Source: Macrostomum lignano
Lineage: Eukaryota
NCBI GenBank assembly: GCA_002269645.1
Contig: NIVC01001089.1
Span: forward strand, 310,001-374,000
Direction of reading: 5' to 3'
Length of the DNA: 64,000 bases
Below are positions 54,601 to 64,000 of this stretch, one piece after another. The notes beneath the pieces were generated by a model. The model saw only the letters and a program-made list of their open reading frames with translations. It did no database searches and was not told the DNA's origin. The translations under genes and the position numbers were made by a program. How positions within the stretch are numbered: the stretch's first letter is position 1; each line of letters begins with the position of its first letter.

Positions 54601-56669
54601 CTGTGTGACTCTCTCTCTCTCCTGCCTGTGTGATTCTCTCTCTCCTGTCTGTGTGATTCTCTCTCCTGCCTGTGTGACTCTCTCTCTCCTGTCTGTGTGA
54701 TTCTCTCTCCTGTCTGTGTGACTCTCTCTCTCCTGCCTGTGTGATTCTCTCTCTCCTGTCTGTGTGATTCTCTCTCCTGCCTGTGTGACTCTGTCTCTCC
54801 TGCCTGTGTGACTCTCTCTCTCATGTCTGTGTGATTCTCTCGCCCGCCTGTGTGACCCTCTCTCCTGTCTGTGTGATTCTCTCTCCTGCCTGTGTGACCC
54901 TCTCTCCTGTCTGTGTGATTCTCTCTCCTGTCTGTGTGACCCTCTCTCTCCTGTCTGTGTAAGCGATAGCTTACTGATAGTAAAGCTATTTGAGCATGGC
55001 GCGAATTCCTCACATGGTGGACTAGAAAATGTCGCAATGTGCAAGGGCGCATAAATAGCAGTTCCACTCAGCTGGCTAGAGGTGGAGCCGACCTCGTGTG
55101 GCTATGACTGACTGACGAGGGCAAAAAAGCCCGAATCCGGTCTCAGTCTGCCCCGCATGGTTCGATCCCTACTTTTAGCCGCTGATAGTCAGTGTGACCC
55201 TCTTTCTCCTGTCTGTGTGACTCTCTCTCTCCTGCCTATGTGACTCCTCTCTCCTGTCTGTGTGACTCTCTCTCTCCTGCCTGTGTGACCCTCTCTCCTG
55301 TCTGTGTGATTCTCTCTCCTGCCTGTGTGACCCTCTCTCCTGTCTGTGTGATTCTCTCTCCTGTCTGTGTGACCCTCTCTCTCCTGTCTGTGTGACCCTC
55401 TCTCTCCTGTCTGTGTGACCCTCTCTCTCCTGCCTATGTGACTCTCTCTCTCTCCTGTCTGTGTGACCCTCTCTCTCCTGTCTGTGTGACCCTCTCTCTC
55501 CTGTCTGTGTGACTCTCTCTCTCCTGCCTATGTGACTCTCTCTCTCCTGCCTGTATGACCCGCTCTCTCCTGTCTATGTGATTCTCTCTCCTGTGTGTGT
55601 GACTCTCTCTCTCCTGCCTGTGTGACCCTCTCTCCTGTCTGTGTGATTCTCTCTCCTGTCTGTGTGACCCTCTCTCTCCTGTCTGTGTGACCCTCTCTCT
55701 CCTGCCTATGTAACTCTCTCTCTCTCTCCTGTCTGTGTGACTCTCTCTCTCCTGCCTATGTGACCCTCTCTCTCCTGTCTGTGTGACTCTCTCTCTCCTG
55801 CCTATGTGACTCTCTCTCTCCTGCCTGTATGACCCGCTCTCTCCTGTCTATGTGACTCTCTCTCTCTCCTGTCTGTGTGACTCTCTCTCTCCTGCCTGTG
55901 TGACTCTCTCTCTCCTGTCTGTGTGACTCTCTCTCTCTCCTGTCTGTGTGACTCTCTCTCTCCTGCCTGTGTGACTCTCTCTCTCCTGTCTGTGTGACCC
56001 TCTCTCTCCTGTCTGTGTGACTCTCTCTCTCCTGTCTGTGTGACTATCTCTCCTGTCTGTGTGACCCTCTCTCTCCTGTCTGTGTGACCCTCTCTCTCCT
56101 GCCTATGTGACTCTCTCTCTCCTGCCTATGTGACTCTCTCTCTCCTGTCTGTGTGACCCTCTCTCTCCTGTCTGTGTGACTCTCTCTCTCTTGTCTGTGT
56201 GACTCTCTCTCTCCTGCCTGTATGACCCGCTCTCTCCTGCCTGACTACATGTAATCCACTGTCTCTGCCTCTGTCCAAATGTGTACCAAACATCTCTGGA
56301 ATCTATATTTTCTATACTCGCCCTTAATACACTGCTTTGTTCATTTTCAGGGTGGCCAATGGATCAGAAGGCTTGCTCTGCGGATCTCTAAAGCAGCTGG
56401 ACTCGAGTTCATCGAACTTCAGCATCGAATTCGTAGCTTGCTCCACTCTGTTTCGGTCTCTGGTCAGCTTCCCAGTGAGTGGCAGATCGCAGAGTCGCTC
56501 AGCTTTGTCTTGCGACTTTCTTCGGCTTGAACGTCAACATTCAGTAGCTGACACGCAGCCTCCGGACCCGATGGAGTCCAAGTTGAAAGCGCAGACGCCG
56601 TTGTCAAGGACGCTAATTATCGTTTTCATTGTTGTGGTTCTCGTAGCTGCACGGTGTTCTGCGGTGTGA
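51670..56669 (+). CDS. Paralog 2 of the CUB-like/C-type-lectin-like surface protein, ending in a hydrophobic segment with almost no tail; exons 51670-51728, 51852-52160, 53360-53601, 53868-54024, 56351-56669
   Basis: Same exon count and phases (2,2,1,2) and same 59-nt first exon as paralog 1. TNCQWEI (CUB-like); CARGFLYYQGGCYT, RIGLFY (WIGL-like), LLCGSL...C; LIIVFIVVVLVAARCSAV-stop. Confidence 0.75.
52196..53264. repeat. 39-bp intronic minisatellite GTGTGAGACCAGCTAGCATCTAAT(T/C)AGCACTCTGAGACA (paralog 2 intron 2)
   Basis: 39-nt periodicity; same unit at 58099-58505. Confidence 0.97.
53608..53750. repeat. 21-bp intronic minisatellite GAGTAGACATGGAGGATAGTG (paralog 2 intron 3)
   Basis: Tandem units just after the donor at 53602. 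Confidence 0.93.
54961..55191 (+). mobile_element. 231-bp non-coding insertion, retrozyme or Penelope pseudo-LTR-like
   Basis: Unique sequence interrupting the array; removing it restores ctgtgtgaccc; GTGT flanks both sides (ambiguous within a repeat); contains a hammerhead motif. Confidence 0.7.
55106..55148 (+). ncRNA. Minimal type I hammerhead ribozyme motif with one core substitution
   Basis: GACTGA (stem I) CTGACGA (core) GGGC-AAAAAA-GCCC (stem II) GAAT (expected GAAA) CCGG (palindromic stem III) TC (cleavage) TCAGTC (stem I complement). Confidence 0.75.
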
Positions 56670-57686
56670 TCTACTGGGTGTACACACGTTTAAAGTGATA
56701 TTGTAACGCATCGAATAGACAGAGCAACTTTAAAGTCGTTCCTGACATTGAACAATCATTGTAGTGAAGAGGATGCACTTTTTTAAACCTGAGTTATCAT
56801 CTTCTTTTTTCCTACTCTTAGTAGCCTGTTCTGGGTTTTTCTTATTTATTCTAGGGTCTTTTTTAATATTGTTTAGACATATAATGTACTTATTCTGATA
56901 AATGTCTTTGCCAAGCTGTTTAGGTCTAAAGGTCAATCTTTTAGGGCCGATTTTGATATTCGATCACCTATTAAGCTCCTTGGGGTCTGAGAGGTCGCCC
57001 GGTAGACGCTTGGCCCGGTCTACTTACTCTCCTTCCGTTTCATCGCATTAATGTATCGTGCTCATCAGTGTATACAAATCGTTTAATATATATTACTATT
57101 TAGTACTATTAAATTACAGTTAGCTAATGTATTTAGACAAAGGTTGCAGTGAGAGCTTTTTCGAAAAAAAACTTTTTCTGACATCCCTTCTAGTCAGAAA
57201 CCCGATTTCAAGACAGCTGAAAACTAATTGGAAATTTTCGGGAAACCCCAGCTTGCTTTTGTCCTTCATTCGTTACTCTGTAAAACAATGTATTTGCTTA
57301 ATGCTCATTGTCTGATTCTAATAATTTGTTTTAAGCAACAAATTGATGGAAAACAGCGCTGGTCAAGGTGAAGTATTATAGTTGATCTTACGAGCTAAAA
57401 TAAATTATATTCAAAACTAATTTTTTCAATATAATTCTGTTCACATGTGCAGTATATCCTGTAGATGCTGGCTAAAATGCATGTAATTTACTTACAGCTA
57501 GCTACAGGTAGTCACATGCTGACGAATTTGCGATAAAATCAAAGTTAAAGTCAGCGAATTCCACTGCTGCTTTGAAATTTTGAAATGAGTGCCAAATTGA
57601 ATTCTCTCCGTTAGTCGGGCAGGCGCGCAAATAAAAATGCGAACTTCATCTGTAGGACATGAAAATTGAAAGTGATAAAAGAGACG

Positions 57687-60600
57687 ATGGAGCGTCTTCA
57701 TCAGCTACTAGGACTGCTTTTAGTCTGCTTCCGGGTCACCGGAGCCAGCATTGACTGCTCAGCTGAGCAGCGCACAGGTGAGTGGAGTCTGAGCTTACCT
57801 GCCTCAAACAGATCTATTGGTAGATACTATGAAATATGTTGCAGTGACAGTGCAGCTGAGCAGGGCTGACGTTCTGCGCACCTGGCAACCCAGCGGTGCG
57901 CACTGCCGTTGGTGGGAGAGTCGGCAGTCAGAGACAAACCGATTCCCTGCTGCTGTGCGGTCCGGGCCTCGGTGGCTTGTGATGCAGCTGAGGCAGCCGA
58001 TGATGCTGGAGGCGGTGAGCTTGCGAGACTGGGGTGAGTGACGCTGACCGACTCATTCTCATGATGCATGATGAGGCAGAGGGAGTCTGGGACACAGAGT
58101 GTGAGACCAGCTAGCATCTAATTAGCACTCTGAGACAGTGTGAGACCAGCTAGCATCTAATTAGCACTCTGAGACAGTGTGAGACCAGCTAGCATCTAAT
58201 TAGCACTCTGAGACAGTGTGAGACCAGCCAGCATCTAATTAGCACTCTGAGACAGTGTGAGACCAGCTAGCATCTAATAAGCACTCTGAGACAGTGTGAG
58301 ACCAGCTAGCAACTAATTAGCACTCTGAGACAGTGTGAGACCAGCTAGCTTCTAATTAGCACTCTGAGACAGTGTGAGACCAGCTAGCTTCTAATTAGCA
58401 CTCTGAGACAGTGTGAGACCAGCTAGCATCTAATTAGCACTCTGAGACAGTGTGAGACCAACTAGCATCTAATTAGCACTCTGAGACAGTGTGAGACCAG
58501 CTAGCAGCCAAGCACTCGTGTTGCAGATGGCCAGTGGCACGTAGCAGCTCTGGTCGGCTCGCCCGTGTCAGCGGTCGGAGCCTCGAGCCTTCCGCTGGAG
58601 CTGCAGCTGGAGGACCCGTGCCGCGCCAGCTGGGAGACCTTCAGCACCAGAGGCCGCTGGAAGCGGGTCGTAGCCGGCAGTCAAGCTCTCATCTCTTTCA
58701 TCAGACTGACCAGCGAGAGCTCATTGAGTTGGCAAGCGTTGAGCATCACAGGTGAGCTTAAGTTTATATTTTTGCACACTGATTAGTGCTCTGATCCAGT
58801 AGCCTTTCCTCATCAGGCCGACAGCCACCGGTGCGGCTGAACGCAAGGCTGTCAAGCAAATACCTGAGCCACAGCTACGGCTTGATGGTCAGACGCAAGG
58901 TCCAGTCAAGAATTGCACTTTTTATCGATAGCTGCATCGGCAACAGGATTGTGTGCTGGCTTCTGCGATCTGAGGGCAGACTGAGCGCTGTGCATGTGAG
59001 CTTGTCAACTGTGCGACACCGCACAGGTGCATGTAAAGCCATCTTTAGTTAGTAATCCTTGCGTCTTTGCAGATTGCCTCGTCTACCGGTAATCAGCTTC
59101 AGCAGACCGGAGTACGGACAGCCAAGTTCGAGCTGGTCATTGGAGAAGGCGACCATGACAGTGTGGCGCAGTGCGCTCTGGCTGGGGACAGTCCAGGGAC
59201 AGAGACTGTCCTACTTGAGGAGCCTCTGCTGTGGGAAGGTGTGTAGAGTTTGCTTTGGAATTGGTCTAAGCTGTAGGCTTGCATATTGCACGTATTGCAG
59301 AGAATCTAATAATAGATTCTAATAATCTAATAATCTATATGTTAACTCATTAACACATCCCAGTTCCAGCCAGAACTTTGAATTTGTCGGTGTCGCAAAT
59401 TTTAATCATCGGTTTTGAGGCGGTAGTCAGCCTCACTTCGGAGTCATTTCCAGAGGCTCGACATCGGTGCTCTATCAATAGGTCGCGTGGGTCGCATAGA
59501 AATCTGTCGATTACTCGCCAGGTGAATTTTGATTGCTTTGCCTTTCATTTGCTTTAGGAAACTGCATGCAGTTTATAGCCATAACCTACAGTAGATTTCC
59601 ATTGATGGTGGCTCCAAGGGAGTCAAAGTGTCATATATCTGAATCCTGAATCAAACGCTGGTTTCAATGCGAAAATTTTGTGTAATGTCTCAAAATTTTC
59701 AGAAGATCTCCCGAGCAATCGATTTAAGGAATCGAGCAGTTATCAGAGTTCAGTCGGAGTTCAGGTTCACATTGGAGGCTGCCGATCTCGGTGGCGAAAT
59801 TGTCTGCTCGGGAGAAGTCGTCTCGAACCCGAGCGTGACGGAGAAGTTTCCGCTATTGAGAATCAGCGGTACGCGAAACTATTGTATATAAATTTAGCCC
59901 TCTGGGGCGTCAAAGTGGTTGCTGGGAAACTGCTAAAATTACGGGTGCCATAAAAGTTTCAAGAAGATCCTTGCCCTCACACCGTGCTACGCTGTTGACC
60001 CTGGTATAATGTTAATGGGGCTAACACGGATGTTAATGGGGCTAACACGGATGCTAAGAAGGCTAATACGGATGTTACTCGTAATGGCGCTAACACGGAT
60101 ATTAATGGCGCCTTTCTGCATGTTCCATGACGCCTATTAGGATGTTACTGGCGCTAACACGGATGTTAATAGCGCTAACACGGATGTTAATGACGCTAAC
60201 ACGGATGTTAATGACGCCTATTAGAATTTTCATGAGGCTAACGCGGATGTTAATAGGGATAACAAGGTTGTTAATGGGGCTAACACAGATGTTAATGGGG
60301 CTAACACAGATGTTAATGGGGATAACACGGATGTTAATCAGGCTAAGACGATGTTAATGGGGCTAACACGGATGTTAATGGGGATAACAAGGATGTTAAT
60401 GGGGCTAACACAGATGTTAATGGGGATAACACGGATGTTAATGGGGCTAACACAGATGTTAATGGGGATAACACGGATGTTAATCAGGCTAAGACGATGT
60501 TAATGGGGCTAACACGGATGTTAATGGGGATAACAAGGATGTCAATGGGGCTAACAAGGATGTTAATGGGGATAACACGGATGTTAATGGGGCTAACACA

Positions 60601-63600
60601 GATGTTAATGGGGATAACACGGATGTTAATCAGGCTAAGACGATGTTAATGGGGCTAACACGGATGTAAGCGCCAAAACAGATGTTAATGGGGCTAACAC
60701 GGATGTTACTGGCGCCAAAACGGATGTTAATGGCGCTAACACGGATGTTAATGACGCCTATTAGAATTTTAATGGCGTCAATTTTCATGGTAACCCGCAG
60801 AGCCATGTCAGACAACGGCAGACCTTGGTGAACGCCGACACTGGCAGGTGGGCGAGGCGTGGTGGATAGTGGTCACATCCAAAAATTGCAGCATCTGGAA
60901 TGTGAGCCACAGCTGTCAGCTAATCATTCCAACGGGTGCAGGTGACGAACATCTCTTAGCTGTACCAATTTGGACAGTTCAAGTAAGCGTAATTTTTTAA
61001 CGCTAAATTTAGAAGAACTTTTAGCTATTAGGGAGAAAAACTGATGCTCTAATTATCTAATTATTGATTATTAACATCCAGGTGGAAAGTTTCTCGAGCA
61101 CCCACGCGTTGCTAGTGAACGAAGCGATGTCTCAGAATCGCTGGAAGATTCTGTGCAGCATCAATCAGTCTGCAGTTGCTTATCCAGACTTGGAGGTGCG
61201 CTCCGCCTCCGCCCCAGCTGTATTTGGTGAGTGACTTCAGGTGCTTAAAATGCCTGAGACTATTTTGAGCTCAATTTGCATGCCGTATAATATGTACTTC
61301 CCAACCGGTATACTTCAGGCTATACGAGTACTTTGCTTTCGTTTCTGGTTTTAACTTTGCTTCAATATGCCATTCACTCTCTTTTTGCCTTTTGTCTTTT
61401 TTGTCTCTCACTCTCCTATTTGTATCCCACTCTACTATTTGGTCTTTGACTCTCCTATTTGGTCTTTGACTCTCCTATTTGGTCTTTGACTCTACTATTT
61501 GGTCTTTGACTCTCCTATTTGGTCTTTGACTCTCCTATTTGGTCTTTGCCTCTCCTATTTGGTCTTTGCCTCTCCTATTTGGTCTTTGACTCTCCTATTT
61601 GGTCTTTGACTCTCCTATTTGGTCTTTGACTCTCCTATTTGGTCTTTGACTCTCCTATTTGGTCTTTGACTCTCCTATTTCTATTTGGTCTTTGACTCTC
61701 CTATTTCTATTTGGTCTTTGACTCTCCTATTTCTATTTGGTCTTTGACTCTCCTATTTGGTCTTTGACTCTCCTATTTGGTCTTTGACTCTCCTATTTCT
61801 ATTTGGTCTTTGACTCTCCTATTTCTATTTGGTCTTTGACTCTCCTATTTGGTCTTTGACTCTCCTATTTGGTCTTTGACTCTCCTATTTCTATTTGGTC
61901 TTTGACTCTCCTATTTCTATTTGGTCTTTGACTCTCCTATTTCTATTTGGTCTTTGACTCTCCTATTTGGTCTTTGACTCTCCTATTTGGTCTTTGCCTC
62001 TCCTATTTGGTCTTTGCCTCTCCTATTTGGTCTTTGACTCTCCTATTTGGTCTTTGCCTCTCCTATTTGGTCTTTGACTCTCCTATTTGGTCTTTGACTC
62101 TCCTATTTGGTCTTTGACTCTCCTATTTGGTCTTTGACTCTCCTATTTGGTCTTTGACTCTCCTATTTGGTCTTTGACTCTCCTATTTGGTCTTTGACTC
62201 TCCTATTTCTATTTGGTCTTTGACTCTCCTATTTCTATTTGGTCTTTGACTCTCCTATTTCTATTTGGTCTTTGACTCTCCTATTTGGTCTTTGACTCTC
62301 CTATTTGGTCTTTGACTCTCTTATTTCTATTTGGTCTTTGACTCTCCTATTTCTATTTGGTCTTTGACTCTCCTATTTGGTCTTTGACTCTCCTATTTGG
62401 TCTTTGACTCTCCTATTTCTATTTGGTCTTTGACTCTCCTATTTCTATTTGGTCTTTGACTCTCCTATTTGGTCTTTGACTCTCCTATTTGGTCTTTCTC
62501 CTATTTGGTCTTTGACTCTCCTATTTGGTCTTTGACTCTCCTATTTGGTCTTTGACTCTCCTATTTGGTCTTTGACTCTCCTATTTGGTCTTTGACTCTC
62601 CTATTTGGTCTTTGACTCTCCTATTTGGTCTTTGACTCTCCTATTTGGTCTTTGACTCTCCTATTTGGTCTTTGACTCTCCTATTTGGTCTTTGACTCTC
62701 CTATTTGGTCTTTGACTCTCCTATTTGGTCTTTGACTCTCCTATTTGGTCTTTGACTCTCCTATTTGGTCTTTGCCTCTCCTATTTGGTCTTTGACTCTC
62801 CTATTTGGTCTTTGACTCTCCTATTTGGTCTTTGACTCTCCTATTTGGTCTTTGACTCTCCTATTTGGTCTTTGACTCTCCTTTTTGGTCTTTGCCTCTC
62901 CTATTTGGTCTTTGACTCTCCTATTTGGTCTTTGACTCTCCTATTTGGTCTTTGACTCTCCTATTTGGTCTTTGACTCTCCTATTTGGTCTTTGACTCTC
63001 CTATTTGGTCTTTGACTCTCCTATTTGGTCTTTGACTCTCCTATTTGGTCTTTGACTCTCCTATTTGGTCTTTGACTCTCCTATTTGGTCTTTGACTCTC
63101 CTATTTGGTCTTTGACTCTCCTATTTCTATTTGGTCTTTGACTCTCCTATTTCTATTTGGTCTTTGACTCTCCTATTTCTATTTGGTCTTTGACTCTCCT
63201 ATTTGGTCTTTGACTCTCCTATTTGGTCTTTGACTCTCCTATTTCTATTTGGTCTTTGACTCTCCTATTTCTATTTGGTCTTTGACTCTCCTATTTGGTC
63301 TTTGACTCTCCTATTTGGTCTTTGACTCTCCTATTTGGTCTTTCACTCTCTTTTTGTACTTTACTCTTTCATTGTGCTTTACCCTTCCCTTTCTTTGATT
63401 TTATACTTTTCTCCTATTCATAACTGCTCAAGGTTCTCCCTGCAACCCATTGCTATTTATCTTCTAGGAGCAGCGCACAGAGCCAGTCTGAATGTTCTAG
63501 TTGAGCATCTGTGCAGCAATACGTTAAAAGTGCAGGCCAGTGTAAAATATCGGCATTACACTCTACCTGTAACGAATGTCACCTGCCAGATTGTTGGCAG

Positions 63601-64000
63601 TTCCGAGGTAGGAGAGGATCAACTACAACTATCAAATAGTCTATTCAGTGTTTTCTAATCAGAACTTCACGAGCGACTAAAACAAACTTAGCAGGACCTG
63701 ACGATGCAACGAACAAGCCGGGACACCTGGAGTGCTCTCACTACCTGGTCTGACCTCGGGTCTCAGCCAAATCTCTTGGTGCGATGCATGGCTCTGCAGT
63801 TGTACTTTGGCGAGCTGGTCTTTAAAACAACAGCTGAGGCCAGTGTAACTGCTGAAAGATGCTTTTGTGAGCTGCCTTCGTCTAAAAAATGTCACTCAAA
63901 AATGTCACAAAGCACTGAGTATTCGGATTTTTAATTCCTTAATGTTTGCCCCCCCCTCAGGCGCGAACAAAAAGAAGCTGATTCATTACGCAATGACAGC
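57687..64000 (+). CDS. Secreted or surface protein: signal peptide, F-type-lectin/discoidin-like domain, at least 4 atypical Ig-like repeats; continues beyond window. Exons 57687-57777, 57845-58033, 58527-58751, 58817-58995, 59073-59238, 59364-59521, 59703-59868, 60801-60982, 61082-61226, 63468-63607, 63692-63866, 63961-end
   Basis: Eleven consecutive GT-AG introns with compatible phases (1,1,1,0,1,0,1,0,1,0,1) and no stop. MERLHQLLGLLLVCFRVTGA signal peptide; RWLVMQLRQPMMLEAVSL and SFIRLT; VQSEFRFTLEAADLGGEIVCSG (C2-set Ig-like E-F strands). Confidence 0.75.
58099..58505. repeat. Second array of the 39-bp unit, in intron 2 of the lectin-Ig gene
   Basis: Same unit as 52196-53264. Confidence 0.96.
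60010..60770. repeat. 21-bp intronic minisatellite GATGTTAATGGGG(C/A)TAACACG
   Basis: Tandem units. Confidence 0.92.
61430..63345. repeat. 1.9-kb intronic minisatellite of 20-bp units TTTGGTCTTTGACTCTCCTA with clustered 26-bp (+TTTCTA) variants
   Basis: 20-nt periodicity. Confidence 0.97.

Larger units (their letters stand above)
54065..56240. repeat. Intronic array (paralog 2 intron 4): homogeneous 20-bp units followed by degenerate CTCTCCTG(T/C)CTGTGTGA units; interrupted by an insertion
   Basis: tgtgacccgctctctgactg periodicity, then variable (CT)n spacers. Confidence 0.95.

Noticed and set aside
57030-57075. Second hammerhead on the minus strand (CTGATGA...GAAAC)
   Set aside because: Stem II does not close next to GAAA and no stem I/III partner or cleavage triplet was found

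Overview
Eukaryotic (metazoan) genomic DNA with GT-AG introns, a 434-nt assembly gap, and a different short-unit tandem array in most introns and spacers. This repeat style suggests a free-living flatworm such as Macrostomum, but that is unverified inference. Three housekeeping genes are recognisable: SNRNP25 (minus), a divergent capping protein beta CAPZB (minus, 3 exons) and GOLPH3 (plus, 2 exons). Two partial unidentified minus-strand genes are also present. From 43 kb onward lies a cluster of cell-surface genes that I reconstructed by hand from splice sites with consistent phases: two tandem 5-exon paralogs (signal peptide, CUB-like, C-type-lectin-like, hydrophobic C-terminus) and a gene of at least 12 exons (signal peptide, F-type-lectin/discoidin-like domain, four atypical Ig-like repeats) that runs off the window. 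The most striking non-coding items are a 231-bp insertion carrying a near-perfect minimal hammerhead ribozyme (55106-55148) and a CpG desert between CAPZB and GOLPH3, where a SINE copy has lost every CpG kept by its sister copy. Nearly all long ORFs in the supplied track are artefacts of tandem repeats. All domain calls come from motif recognition by eye; no searches were run.
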